Assembly: GCA_028023455.1 (NCBI GenBank)
Contig: JAQFVV010000009.1
Coordinates: 10,230,001 to 10,294,000 of the forward strand
Direction: 5' to 3'
DNA: 64,000 bases
From: Epiperipatus broadwayi
Lineage: Eukaryota > Animalia > Onychophora
The translations under genes and the position numbers were made by a program. Positions within the stretch are counted from its first letter, which is position 1, and each line of letters begins with the position of its first letter. Shown here one piece after another: positions 25,601 to 40,099 of this stretch. Under the pieces are notes generated by a model. That model searched no databases, had not been told where the DNA came from, and saw nothing but the letters and a program-made list of their open reading frames with translations.

Positions 25601-27660
25601 AGGACTATATCCAATAGCAATAGTGCCATTTGATAAAAAAACAACAGCCATATCAAATCTCAATAACCTTTGAACCATCTCCACAGACCCATTAGGAATT
25701 AAATTATTGAAAAAGGTAGTCAAAGATAAAATATAAATATACATACTATCTCTGATATTAAACATGCAGTATGAAAAGAAAGGATCCTCCACCATACTGT
25801 CTGCACTTGTATTTAAAATGATACAAAGTGAAGTGCAATAAGATAAAAGTATGCCCTAATTGCAGTTTAACTGGATATACAGGCGACATTTGATTCTGTT
25901 GCAATATATGACTTAATGAATATGCTTGTGAATGCAGTCATTCCACCCACCCTACTATACATCATTGCAAATCTATTACTCAACTGAGAGATACACCGCA
26001 TATTTCATGACAGAAACACAAAATCATTTATTCCCACACAATCAATTTCCCAAGGATCCCTGCTCAGTGGATTGCTGTTTATTCTATATATAAATCAACT
26101 CTTAAAACAGATTGAAAATGAGTTACCAGGAATATTAATACCAAGAAATGCAAGCATATTCCATGTATTGCATGCATGGAAAAATGATTGTTTTTAACAT
26201 CGCATAAAGAAATGCCAGTGTTAGAAAAAATACTACAAAATTACACAGATATACACAAACTACAATTCAATCTAAGCAAAACATCATCATGGTTCATCTA
26301 TACTAAAAAATTCTACACAGCTCAAGAAAAACCTACTCCATTTCTCAGATTTCGATTTTACCTGGGAGCACATGAAATGAGACAAGTACTGCAAAACAAG
26401 CTCAAACAGAAAGCAACAAACATAGCTATGTCTTTATCAAATGCATACTTATCTGTATATTAAAAAGTGCACCTATTTACCATACTCATAACAACAAGAA
26501 TTTTATATTATTCATCTATTGTTAATTTTACAAAAAAATTTACAGCAGCCATGTCAATAGCAAAATACTATGTAGTAGGAAAACTAGCCATTTCAATCAA
26601 ACAACTTAGCCAACCAACTATACAGAATGGTCTGGAGGTCCACACAGTACATGAGTTCTACACAAAAAAAACAATAAACCTACTGGCAAAGATTACTGCA
26701 TGGTTTCAGCAACTGCAACGTTTCCTCAACATAATGCCTACAGATTGTCTCCCATCCACATATTGATATCTAGTATTTTTAGCACCTTCAACACAAATCA
26801 ATGTCAGAACTACAACATTTACATTTATTAGTGAATAGCATACTGGCTGACATACAAATTGATCAACTCAACCACAAAAAAATAGACCTTTAGTCTAATG
26901 CTGGGAGTAAACAACAAGCAACTTCTTAAAATCAACAGAAAATGGTCAATGGAATAGAAGTTCTTCAACTTCTTGATCAAGTTAAACTTATTTGCACTAC
27001 TAACATCCTAATTTTTATGATACCATCATCTTTATAGGTTAATAGAAACATTCTGAAACCTATGCTATGTTGCTGAAGAAACACAACAACACATATTTTG
27101 CAATCATACAGCACTAAATACTATGTGAACAATATGCTAAATCAATATAGAACAAGACAAACTATGCAGTAGTAACAGATTTTACACACAGGCAGACAAC
27201 CCCTACAGCACAAGCAGCAATCTTTAGACCCCATGCTTGATGCACACGATATATATTTAGCCTGAGTAATAACACCAGATGGCATCCGACATTTTACAAC
27301 AAGCTACAACCAATAAGGAGCAGAGATGCAAAGATTACACATTCAGACATTTTTTGTGGCCACCTGGTCACTATTAAAATTACAAGCTAATTTATAAGAG
27401 CATGCAATAACTAGCCATTATATAAGCACAGCCTATTCAAACAAAACTAACAATGAACAAGAAACTAAAAGGATAATATGAAATATGGATACTTACACAG
27501 CTGAACAAAATGAATAATACTTTTGACCAATAAAAAAAGTCAATAACAGAACATTAATGAGTGATTAAAGGGGGGACTCTAACTAACAACAAGATCATAA
27601 CTAACAACAATAAAAATTAAACAATGATGGCTAGACAAAAATATAACGTAAAAAAATCTA
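22660..27660 (+). mobile_element. L1/Tx1-like non-LTR retrotransposon, near full length, heavily decayed
   Basis: ORF1 remnant (VMEPFGKVI, then YPCKQ-KGHVIAQCPK zinc knuckle ~23440-23525); EN motifs LNVRGINS (~24300), MGNFN, SDH; RT motifs LDIQATFDSV (~25870) and SQGSLLSGLLFILYINQL (~26050). Boundaries approximate. Confidence 0.78.
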
Positions 27661-28972
27661 CTATGTACACTCAGGTTTCTAAAATATAGTAATTGAATAA
27701 GTTAACTGATGTAGACCCCTATTCAACACTTCCATACCTATATAATTAGCAATGAAAATCAGTAGTGTTTTCAACCATGTCAGGTGGCTGCTAAGTAATG
27801 CTGTGTATCATAAACAACTGTCCAGAAGCCTGTAATTGATAAATTTCTATCTGAAAGTGACTTAAATTGACAAATTAAAATACCTAAGGTAAAGTAAATC
27901 GAATAAATCCTTCTAACTATAAAATTCAAATTACAAAAACAGAAATTGGTGAAAATACATCAAACGCAACCACCACCATTCCAGAATGAAGAATTCTTTG
28001 CTGAAATGGACAAAGTAAAATGCCTAAGGCAAAATAAATCGAACAAAATCTTCCAAAATACAAATTAAAAAAAAAATAAGAAAACGCTATGAAATTTGAA
28101 TTACAATAAAAACAGAAAAACTTTAATGGTAAATGTCAAAAAAATTAACAAAGCTTCATTAGTGGTGGATGGTGCTTTATTAATAGCAAGAATTACAAAA
28201 ACAGAATTTCATCAATATTTAGCTTTCAATATTTGCAAATATGCATCTGTGATCAGATTCCAAAGCAGTACAAAATACAAATTAAAAAAAACAACCAAGA
28301 AAATGCTATGCATCAAGAATTCAATCAAAAATAAGTAAAATGAAAATACAAAAACAGAAATTGGTGTCTAATTAACAGATATACCCTCTCCCCTCCTGCA
28401 CAAAGAATTAAAACAAAAAATGGTGGTGACCAAGTAACTTTTCAAAAATGTACTAAATTTCATCAATATTTAAAACATAAAAGACTATTTGCAAATATGC
28501 CTGTGCATTATCTAACCAACAGATATAATAATAATTCACAAATCTTAAATACAGACTAACACATATTAAGTAATTAAATATAGATAACAATGAGCATATA
28601 ATGATCTGTTGTTATCTCTCAGAATAATTTCAAAGCAGCTATTTATATCAGGAGAGCTAACAATTTTTTTTTCCAAAAATTTATTACATTAATTGTTGTC
28701 TGCTTTGAAATTATGGCATATCATAACATATGAATTCGGATAAAATAATCAGAATAGAAAATAGGCATGACCATAGATTACAGAAAGTTTAAAATAATCA
28801 TTGATTACAGTTACAAGAAAAATGATTTAAAAGTTATATTTATTGACAAGAATGTTACCTGAATCTCAATCAAACCAAACCTGTAAAAATCATCATGCAT
28901 GCCACTATAACCAAGGCATAAGCATGTAAATACCTTGTAACCTTTGTTGACAATAAAATATATTATTGAAAC

Positions 28973-28973
<1 letters not shown>

Positions 28974-29018
<45 letters not shown>

Positions 29019-29057
29019 TGATGATGATGATTATGATGGTGATGATGATGATAATGA
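28974..29057. repeat. (AAT)n(GAT)n microsatellite
   Basis: Direct reading; produces the poly-His/poly-Tyr of ORF 28811..29062. Confidence 0.95.
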
Positions 29058-29214
29058 TGCAATTCAATTCTTATTTATTACATACACTTAAATAGAAATA
29101 CACAAATAAATATTCATACATTATTAATAATTATAAAATAAATATACAATAAACTAAACATACAATATATTAACATTTTAACAAAAATATACAACATTAA
29201 AGAAAATTACAATT

Positions 29215-29215
29215 C

Positions 29216-29282
<67 letters not shown>

Positions 29283-29340
29283 CAACAACAACAGTAGTAG
29301 CAGCAGCAGCAGCAACAACAACAACAATCACAATAAATAA
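29215..29340. repeat. (AAT)n(AAC)n(CAG)n compound microsatellite
   Basis: Direct reading. Confidence 0.95.
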
Positions 29341-32300
29341 TAAATCCTCTTTTTATAGGTATCAGACTTATTGCTTAATTCTGTCATGAAAGAGTAAAGC
29401 ATTTACTCTATTATTATTAAAAGTAAAACTTTACTAAGACCTGGCTGTCACAGATGTTGGTGGCATGAGTAATATACCCTTTAAGCTTATATTAAGACTA
29501 AAACTCTTAATAGCATATTATTAGGAAGTGATCTCAACCTAAACAATAATATTTGTGATTAGCAATGCCATGAGAATAATTTAATATACTGTATAGTCTT
29601 CATTGACTCATATAAATACTTTTGGGTAAAATAAAATGGGTAACTTTTATAATTATTTAATTGTCTATTCTAAATACCTTTTATTATAGAAAACATGAGG
29701 TTGATTTAAGGGATCAATAAAACACAAGAGATTAACTATTCATTTGGATTTAACATATTTTACCATAACTTAAAGTTTAACATAACTGATCTCCAATGCA
29801 TACTAGAATTAATACAATTTTTTTCTTTTTTTTTTTTCTTTCTTTCTTTATTGATATCTATATTTACATATCATACCATTTCCAACCTTTTTATACACTT
29901 AATAATAGTATTTTTTATACTAAAACTTTACTCTTACAGTTTTGACTGTCCTGCTGATTAAGAATTATTCTTGTCATTACATATTATAAAAAAAACTGTG
30001 TTAATATATATATAAAATCAAATACAATTATATAATAATCAGTTTTAAACTTATAGCATACAAAGCATTAACATATTTTATATAGCTAATAATAAAGCTA
30101 CGATTTGTTTTAGATTTTGTGATAAATGTCAAGAATGAGTAATTATGTAATATTTAAAACAATATTTGTTTTGTTGTTAATTAATAAAAAACACATTAGT
30201 GCTTATATATCCTACAAACATTTTGGAATCATCGGAATATATTCAATTAAAAACGCACATTACAAATAGTTATATTTAATTAAAATTTAGAAATTTTTAA
30301 TTTGCAAGAATAAGTACTGTTGAAATTAGATAAATCTTGATTTTTTTTTTTTTATATAAATATATTTATAAAAATGTAACATTGAGTTGCCAAGAACTGG
30401 TTGTCATATAGTTAATTGAATAGACAAAAATCAATGGATTTAGAGTTATAATAATTGATATATTATTATTAATGTATTATCTTTCTAATGAGAAAAAATA
30501 CTTTTAATTATTCATATTTTATAGTTTTAATAATTAAAAATTCAGCATATATAAATTTTTAGTAAAAATATTTTTAATTATTCATATTTACTCTTTAATA
30601 TAAAGAAGAAATGTTTCAATATTGTTAGTATTACATAATATTGCATCACAAAAAGTCATAGAAATGTATTACAGTTATTTAATCATAAGTATAAAATATT
30701 TTAAAAAGCCTACTTCATATTTTTTAAATTTATTAAAGAAAAGTTTCCTTGTTTTTATTTTTATTTTAAAGTGTCCAGAAAAACCTATCATAAGTTTTTC
30801 TCATCTTAATATTCATCACAAAAGACTATTTGTAATGCATACATCTCCTGTTGTTATTCTTACTTTTAATACTGTCTCAGCATTTATTGATTCATTTATA
30901 ATTTTTCTTATGAGGAAAAAAAAATTATAGGTCCTCTCATTTTAAAAAAATGAAGGCATTTGATAACAAATTTTTCAAACAATAGAAAATAATAAGAGTT
31001 ACTTACAGTAATATGATTTTACATGACATCATGCAATCAAACAAAAATCCCTTAAAAAATGGCTCTCATTAAAATAATGAAATTTATATGCAAGTGTTTA
31101 TTTGGAAAGTAAAGGTTTTAATCTTTGTAATTTTTAAATTTACTTATTTTGATATACATACATTTGTATAATAAAGATAAAACAATAAAAGAATAACAGA
31201 AGACTTAAGCTAAGTTTCAAGAAATTTTAAGAGACTTTAAAAAAAATAAAAGTAAGGTGCTTGGATAAAATAAACTTGGTGGGTCTTTCATATTGCATTT
31301 TTTTCAAAAATGTTTGAAATTTGTGGTGCATGCTAAAATAAAAATATTAAGTAAAACTGTAATTAATGATATCACATATCAGTATAAAAGTACAGAAAAG
31401 TGTCTTCCTTATTGAAATGTCATTGTTCATATTTTTTTTACATGTTTTGCAAAGCAAATGATTATTTTCATATGGAAAAATCTAGCACCTAATAATTTTC
31501 ATCCTTTCCTGCTCCTGAAAAACTAATGGTGAAAGCAATAAAAATTGTGATAAAACAAAATTACTGCTAAATGAGTGATTGAATAATCTGATAGGAAATT
31601 CTGTACAAAAGAATTTTAAGCTGTTACAGTTTATCAATATTAATTGTGATTATGAAAACTATAACTTGAAAGATTTATAATGCAGTAATTAATTCATCTA
31701 TCTTTCCATTCTTACAACTCAGGGGTTAAAATAAAATAAAATAAAATTGTTTTTGGTTGGTGAAGATTTCTAAGCAAGCCTGGGGCTTTTTAGACAGCCA
31801 ATTATTAGTTATTAAATGGTTATTTAGCTATTCTTAGTTCAAATGTAAAATTTTTAAGTTAATCTGAGTTGGGATCAGGTGAGTGCTGTTGCACTAACTA
31901 TAATTTAAAGAATGATTCCAGCCCCCATAACCAGTGAGAAAACTGTCATACTTCTGTGGGTGATAATTTCACTGTTTTCTTTTAATATTATTTTCACATT
32001 CTGGATTATTCTTTGTAAATATATTTATACATAAAAATAATTGGCACCTGTTTTATGTAGATTTCTTATTACAATATAGCATTACTTGGTTGTTCTGCTT
32101 ACTATAGTACAAACAAGAACTGACTTTTTTTTTATTTCTACTATTCTTGTGTCATTTATTGTAGTCTTGAATTATCAGTAGTTATCAGATGATAATGCAA
32201 TTTAATCTCTATTTCCAAGAAAATTCTTGACTTTTTTTTTTATTCATGAGGATTGAGATCTAAAATTAGAATTACTGTGCACTTGGTCACCATTTTTAAC

Positions 32301-34244
32301 TCCATCTTTAACATCAAGCTATAATCTGAAAGTAAAAAAAGAAACTCTAACATTTGATTTAATTATCTTAATAAAGAAATAATTGAAGTTTGACACCTTG
32401 GTTTCAGCTTTGAATCTCAAGTCCTTATTAATAAAGACAAAAACCAAAAAATGACCTGAAAACAGGCATTAAATCATCTTACTATTTAGAAAAAACACAT
32501 ATTATTCAAAGTTAAATAGATATTTCTATAATAATATAGAAAGGGAGGGGGTACTCTTGCTTAGATCTCTTATTCAATCTCTTTCCCTACTCACTAAAAA
32601 GTTAGATGACCAAAAATCAATTTGTAACAGTTTACAATTTTGCTTTTAACTTTATGAGTGATCAGTCTTCTGATAGCAAAAAAAAAAAAAACCTTTAATG
32701 AAAAGACTACAAAAATTCACTTGTTATTATTTTAAAAATTATTACAAACAATTTTCTAGAACACATTAGCCATGATAACAATAAAGTCTCCATCAAAGCA
32801 TCAGTTATTTATTTCTGTGGAGAATATTTTTATGTTTGGAAACCTAAGTCTTTTTAAAGACTTTCAATATTCTGATTCATTTGTTTCTGATCATAAAAAT
32901 ATTTCCTATTATAGCAGATTTCTATTATTTATTTTCCAAAATCTTTTTAAATTCTACATACATACTATCACCAAAATGTTATATTATTTCAGCAGCATTA
33001 TATTCTGAAACAAACATAAAGTCTAAATAAAACAGAATAGATAAAAAATTAGGTTGAAGTTAATAAGTAACATAATATTATAAGTATTGATATGATCATC
33101 ATTTATTGAAGTTTATCTTAGTTAGCTATAGCTAATTTTAGCATTTCAATTTAATTTTAATAGCATTTCAATTTAATTTTAAAGCAAAGGTTTTATTCAG
33201 GCTTCATATTTGTTTCATAAGATAGCACTGTTAGTGATAGTAATATTTTACATTTGAATTTTATTTAGTGATATGAAACTGGTTCTGTTATTTAAATACT
33301 CATAACTGAATATCTCATATCATACTGCAATTTTATGTAATCATTGTTTTTTATTCTAATAACTTCAATAAAACTTTTGCAAAAAAAAATATTTTTCTGT
33401 TTAATATTTAATAGACCAAATATGCACAACATTTAATAATTATTTTTTAAATCACATTAATATTATTAAAAAAATCAAATATGCTCTTCAAATATAACTT
33501 ACAATGAACTATTCATAAAAATATTACAGAAATTGTTTTTTTTAAAAGCTTTTATTTAAATACATATATGTTTAATTTAAATTAAAAAAGCATTATCAGA
33601 ATTTATGACAATCGTGTATTATTTATATAAATTTAAGACACTTAAAGATTATATATTTTAAAAAACTTTATTTTGCAACTGATCTCCCTCATATATATAT
33701 ATATATATTTAAGAAAGAGAAAAATAAACAGATAAAACATCTTAGACATATCAAATCTATATTAAAACTTTGTTAATGTTATCAAACATATCAGCAGTGA
33801 GTTTTGTTTTCAAACTCTTTTAAAAAAACAAGTTGAATTTAAAATGGTAATAATCCAACAATTCACATTGAATTATTAAAGGAAGAGAAAACATCTGTGA
33901 CTATGACTTATTAAATTTACATTGGATTTGTATTTTATTTAAAAAGTATTTGATTTTTCAAGAATTTTTGTGATGATTAAAGCTTTAAACCACCAAGACA
34001 GAGCCAAGAGATGAGGGTGTAAGATAAGGTCATTTTATTTTTCCAAACTTTTTACAGCAATACTGTAGCAATTTTGAGATTTGAAATGGGAGATTAGTGA
34101 ACTAAAAACAATTTAGATATCAGATGATGTGACTTTTTTTTTTTTTGCAAATAATGCTTCAGACCTTCTAGAAATATTACAATAGCTTTCCATAAATAAA
34201 ATAAAATATTTTTTTTTAAGTAATAAATGAAAAGAAATTAACAT

Positions 34245-34748
34245 CTATAAAAAACCTTGCTCATATTATTAATACTAATGGAAACATTATGGTTGAAATT
34301 AATCATAGAATTAAACTTGGGTAGAATGCTTTTAATGAAAATATCATTATTGAAAATAAGTGCATTTTTTTTTATAGATAAGCAATTACAGAGATTGTAG
34401 ACTATTCAGCAAATCATTAAAAGTTAAACGTTAAGATTAGTGAAAAGCAAACTGATTTTGTGATAAAAACAAACAAAAACAGAGACACAACTGGCATCAC
34501 TAAAAGAGACTGAGATTGTGTTGGGTTGGCATTTGATAGAAAAAATATTAAGTACTGAACAATTAAAATACAAAACATTGTAAAAGATCTAAAAAGAGAT
34601 CACATGTGAAAAAATGGATGAATAAGAAAATATTCTGGCTGGAATGATTTAAAGACAGGGAAGCTGAGAATTGAAAAAACTAGATTAAACATGGAGAAGC
34701 CTTTATTCTGCAGCAAGTTGATAATGATTGAATGTGATGATGATGATT
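34245..34748 (+). mobile_element. RTE 3' fragment
   Basis: GAAATTAATCATAGAATTAAACTTGG matches ~63870. Ends ...AACATGGAGAAGCCTTTATTCTGCAG...TTGATAATGATTGA(TGA)n like the other copies. Confidence 0.75.
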
Positions 34749-37700
34749 ATAAATGCAATATAAAATAAAATAAATCAGAATTAGCTTATACTTTGAATGA
34801 ATTCAATCGTTTTCTAAGAAATAGTATTGAATGTGTTAGGCTTTCTATAAATTAAGAGAAACTGGAATAATTTAATAATCTGATATTGAATAATAAATAA
34901 TGTGAAATATTTGTGTATTTTTATGGCCTAAGTAGGTAGTTAGAAAAATATATAATATATAAAAATTAAAAAAGTATTATAAACAATATACAGCCATTTG
35001 GTAGAAGACTAGTGACTTAAAAGTTTAAAATAGTGGTAGAGAAATATATGACAAACTTTATTTAAATTCTAGAAATATATACTAACAGTTGCTGTTGTGT
35101 TTTTTTTTTTCCTGAAAAAATTATTAAATAATTCATAAATCTGAAACAATTATATGTTTTTAAAGATTGACATTATAAATTTAGGATATATTTTCAAAAA
35201 ATAAAGCTGTTCTAGGATATATTTTTCCAAAAGATAAATAAATGTAATAATGGATTTTATTCATAATGATTTTAAAAATGCTTACAAAATTCATGTACAA
35301 TAAAATGAACCATAAAGTGAATTATTAATAATAATACATTTTATTAAGAATTATTGTGATACAATGTTTTTAGACAATTATTGACTTTCCAAACAAAAAC
35401 AGAATTTTTTAATGTAATTAATGCAAGTAGCTATTCAATATTAATCAGTAAATGAATATATTATTATTTAGGAAAAGTAAAGTTTCCATTATTATTTAGA
35501 CTGAACAGATCAGTGTTCTTTCACTGAAAACAAAAATAACATGGTTGTGATATAATATTGTTTTAACTCTACCATATATTTACAAGTGCTGAGTCTATAG
35601 CTTATCTTTATAAAAGAATATCATATATACTTTAATTGAATAGAAAAAAAGATTAGAATTTTAAAACAAGCCACAAAATATTAAATATTATCCATATTTC
35701 CACACAACTTAATATTAAAAGAATCTTAGTGACTGAATTTTATAGATGACTAATTTTCTAGTTTTCAAACTAATTGATTTCTTAAACATACATTAATGAG
35801 TCTCTCAAATTTATCTTATTAATTCCTAAATCACAATTATTCTGCTATTGTTACAATGATAGAAACTTTGAATCCACCAATAGCAAAACAATAATAAAGA
35901 CTATTTTATGCAACTGAAAAGGATCCTTTGCATAGAATTTTTATGTTTTTGATTAACTAATTTTATTTTAGTGAGTCTTATTAGTCTACTTTCTGCTATT
36001 TTCTCAATCAGATTTGCTTTAATAGCTATTGCCATTTATCTCTATATAAAAAATGGTATTTTTTAAAAAAAATTGAATCACAGAAACACTATACATAAAA
36101 AATTTCATATAGGTTATATGGTTTTAGCAAAATATTTAGTTATCAATATCAAGTTATATTCAAATCAGGATTATGGATAGGGGATTTGATCATGAATGAG
36201 CAGAAGGTTAAAATTCAAGTATGATTCCATATATTTTATAATCAAAGAATGCTGCATCAGAATACAATTATATTTTTATCTTATAATCATTGCATTGAAA
36301 CGCAGTTGATAAATCCAGATTATTTGGAGATTTGCTAGTTAAGAATAGTTGTTTATCTATTTGCTTATCAATAAAAGAGTAGCCAGATGGATTATTATTG
36401 TGTTAGTTACCTGACTAAAATCCTAATCATATTTAATAATTCTAACTATGTGAAAAAACAGGTTTCTGGCTTTTATCAGATTTGAACCACAGATCATGAT
36501 CATAGCAGATGAAAATGCTATATTAAGAAGCTCTTAAACAAGAGGATTTTAAAAGAAATCAACATATATATATATATAAGTATAAGTTAATATATAAAAA
36601 TTCAAATAGAATTATTAAATGAATATTATGATTAAAGCTATGCTAATTAATTTTAAGCCTATTTGAGCAATAAAAAATTGACTAATTAAAGTGTTCTCTT
36701 TATTATTGTGCAGAGAAACAGAGCGAAATTTAAAGCAGTAATTATATTTCATATTCGTTCATATTGCAATAATATTAAGGTGTGAATAAACATTATGTAA
36801 ATAATCATGAACTGTATTATCTTGAGATCTAATGACTTTCGAGCATCGAAGCTATAGATTGAAGATAATAGCTCAATTGGGCTAAATTTATAACAAATAT
36901 CACTGAGTGGTTTATTCCAGTGTTAAAATGGCAAGCTTATCAGCTAAATATCCTATACTGATTTTCAGCTACAAATTTTTTTAAAAATCATTTTGGTCAT
37001 TTAAATTAATTTTTTGTGCTTAATCTGCCACTTGGATATTTAAACATGACATAACCTCCTGAGTAACTGATCATTACTATTTTTTATACTATAAGGGAAT
37101 GAATTACATGCCGTTTGCTACTAAAGGGCTGAAACACTATTATATACTTAGCAAATATGCAGTCTGAAAATTGCGACTTTTGTTTATTCCACCTATCTCT
37201 ATGTAAAAAGTTTAATTAAATTAATTTTGTTATTTTTGAAGTGTTAAACTAAACTAATAATTACCATTAAAAATATTACTTTTTTTTGCAATTGTAAGTA
37301 TGAAAAATATTACTTTTTTTTAACATTCAAAATTCAAAAATTAAATATTCATAAACTAACAACAATTTTAAATGTAATTTTAAAATATTTTTGCTCCAAA
37401 TTGTTGAAATGTAAACAGATTACTTTCATTTTTTTTTTTAAAAGTCTTTTAATAATTATAAAATATTCATGCTTTTTTTTATTCACTGATAAATCATGTG
37501 ATCTTCTGTCAACAGTTCATTTACCCCGGTATCATTTAAAAGAATGTTAAATTAATTTAATTTTTCTTTTTATTTTATTAAATGAATGATTGTGTGTTAT
37601 GAAATTTAATTTCATGATATGAGAAGAATTATTCATGGTTGGCAAGGCTTTCTCCTATTATTACATCAAGACAAAGAAAGATGGTTTTAATATCACAATA

Positions 37701-38269
37701 AAACTAAATGAATTCTACATTAGTAATTGTTAGCTCTGAAATTAATTAAATTGAATTCTGTAATAGTCTACTTAGTTGACCAGACTATTAAAGAAGTGCA
37801 TCTTTTTAATCTCGCAATTTTCATAAGAAAGGAAATGACTTTTTTTCTCTCTTTTAAATTTCTGTTTCTTTGACAAATATTAGACTTTGAAAGTCTACAA
37901 ATTCTGTTTTAATAGTTTTTATCAAATTTATTAATATATACGTATGTATATGTATATGAGATAAAGCAGAAGAGATCTAAATAGTTTTCAGGTCTAAGGT
38001 TTTTTCATCAACCCTCCACAAAGTGAAAGAGAAAAAAAACATATTATTCATAAAGGTAATCATCTAATGATTGATTAGGGTTTTTCTTGTTTTTCTTGTT
38101 TGTTGTATACTCTAAATAAAAAAAATTAATTGCCCATTTATCAACCATTAAATTGAATGGCCAAAATATTCATCAATTATTTAAAAAAAATATTTTTAAA
38201 ATGCTTGCAAATTTCTCAGTTATTAAAAAAAAATTCTTGATCTGCATAGATTTCAATTTTAGACTGTAG

Positions 38270-38380
38270 GCATGTAGGGGTGATGTGCAGAAGAGAAGCT
38301 AAAGATCAGAGAAGATGGATTGAACATGGAGAGTCCTTCATTCTGCAGTGTATTGATAATGGTTGATGGTGATGATGAGC
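38270..38380 (+). mobile_element. RTE extreme 3' stub
   Basis: GAAGAGAAGCTAAAGATCAGAGAAGATGGATTGAACATGGAGAG...TTGATAATGGTTGATGGTGATGATG matches 1160-1233. Confidence 0.8.
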
Positions 38381-40099
38381 CATTTATTGTCATTCTTGTG
38401 TATATATCTTTGCATTTTGATATAGGTAAAAATAAAAAGTCTTTTCAGTTAACATATAATTTACTAAATAAATAGGATTTATTTTAGAAAGCTGGCTTAT
38501 AAAAATATCAAACCAGGCTAGTCTTAACTGTTAGGTAAAGATTAAAGAATATAACCAAGCAGTAATGTGTTAACAATATTATTATGATGCAACACTAGTG
38601 AGACTCTGGGTGCTAAGTCCAATGTCTGTCTTTAATTTTATGCATCTTAATGATATAAAGGATTCTTACAGTTTATGGTGAAATTCTAAATATTAATATT
38701 TTCTTTTTGAATTCTGTTGCTTTATTACTTCAACCTGCTTTCAAGAAAAGAACACATATGTATGGGTATAACACACACATATAAACAGAAAACTTCCAGA
38801 ATATAAATTATATTTGTATTCAATCAAATATTACAAATTCAGCCTGTATCCTGCCCATTTCTTTTTTGTGTATTTGAACAGATAAGCTCCTATACATGAA
38901 TGGTCAGAATGATTTAATGTGAACATGCGCTTGACAATAATATTGGCCTCAACATGAGATTTGGGTGATGCATCATCAGATTGTGAATGGTATGGATAGC
39001 TGAAAAGTTGGAGGGTGGACTAGAATGAAGCCTGGCTATTAAAGTTTAAATATTTACTATTTTAATATAAACTGAGGATTGATTATATATATATATATAT
39101 TGTGCCCTTGTCTGTAGGTCATGGTAAGGTAGAAAGGTCAATTACTAAAAAAAAAATTTTTTTTAAATTTTAAGTTATATTTGTATGATATATAAATAAT
39201 AATAGGATAATTAGATTTTATAGTACAATTTAAAGCTGAAAATACCTGGTATATAACAGTGTAATAAATTATTTTAAAAGAAAACAGTTAAATAAAGCTT
39301 AATAATATCATTGCTTATGGTTGTAAAAGCTGGCCATATAAAATAATACAGCTATGAATAGTTAAAAGTATAATAATAATTTGAATATAATATTTTTAAA
39401 ACTAATAAATTAAATAAATGCTATATGTAAAGTATAATTATATTTAATAGTCAAAATTAACAGAGTGTATTTTAAAATAAACTTTATGATGGTGAGAATT
39501 ATGTTTAGTTCTACAAGTTTCAATTATTTTCCAAATTTTTATAAAATATATCAGTTTTGGTAATTTAGACCGAGACGTAAATAAAAAATCATTTGATAAA
39601 AGTAGTAAACACGTGACTGTATATTATATACCTTCACACACACGCTTGTTAAAATAATAATAAGGTTTGTGAATTTGAAACTAGATATAATTGCCATCGA
39701 TCATTAAAGTAAAAGTTAAAATATTAAATATTGTTTTAATAATTGTTTTAAAAGTTTAAATGATTTTGGTAAAATTAAAATTGAATTTAAAAGTACTAGT
39801 CTAAATAATATTTGAGACATGACGTCATCAATTCTTTACTTTAAAAGTCTAATCTGTTATATAACAAAATGTGTAAATTTGTTCGCGCTAAAAAGTCATT
39901 AACCAATCAACAGAGGTAAATTAGCAGACAAAATATAAGAATTATACGAAGCAGGGGAGAAGTAATGTGTAAGTGAAAGAGAAAGTAGCATATTTTTGTA
40001 GCTGATAACACCGTAGCTGGAAAAGTGATATAAATTTAAAATTTAGTATTTATTTTCAAAGTTCTTCTGTAACATATAATATATTTTGACTGCTTCGAC

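Noticed and set aside
27870-28510. Patchy internal repeats (ACAAAAACAGAAATTGGTG; CCTAAGG.AAA.TAAATCGAA)
   Set aside because: Real but short and irregular; no consistent period or assignable family.
28811-29062. ORF with poly-His/poly-Tyr
   Set aside because: Translation of a microsatellite, not a gene.
36855-36900. TTGAAGA followed by hairpin TAGCTC/GGGCTA
   Set aside because: No GAAA-stem III-UH half, so not supportable as a hammerhead.
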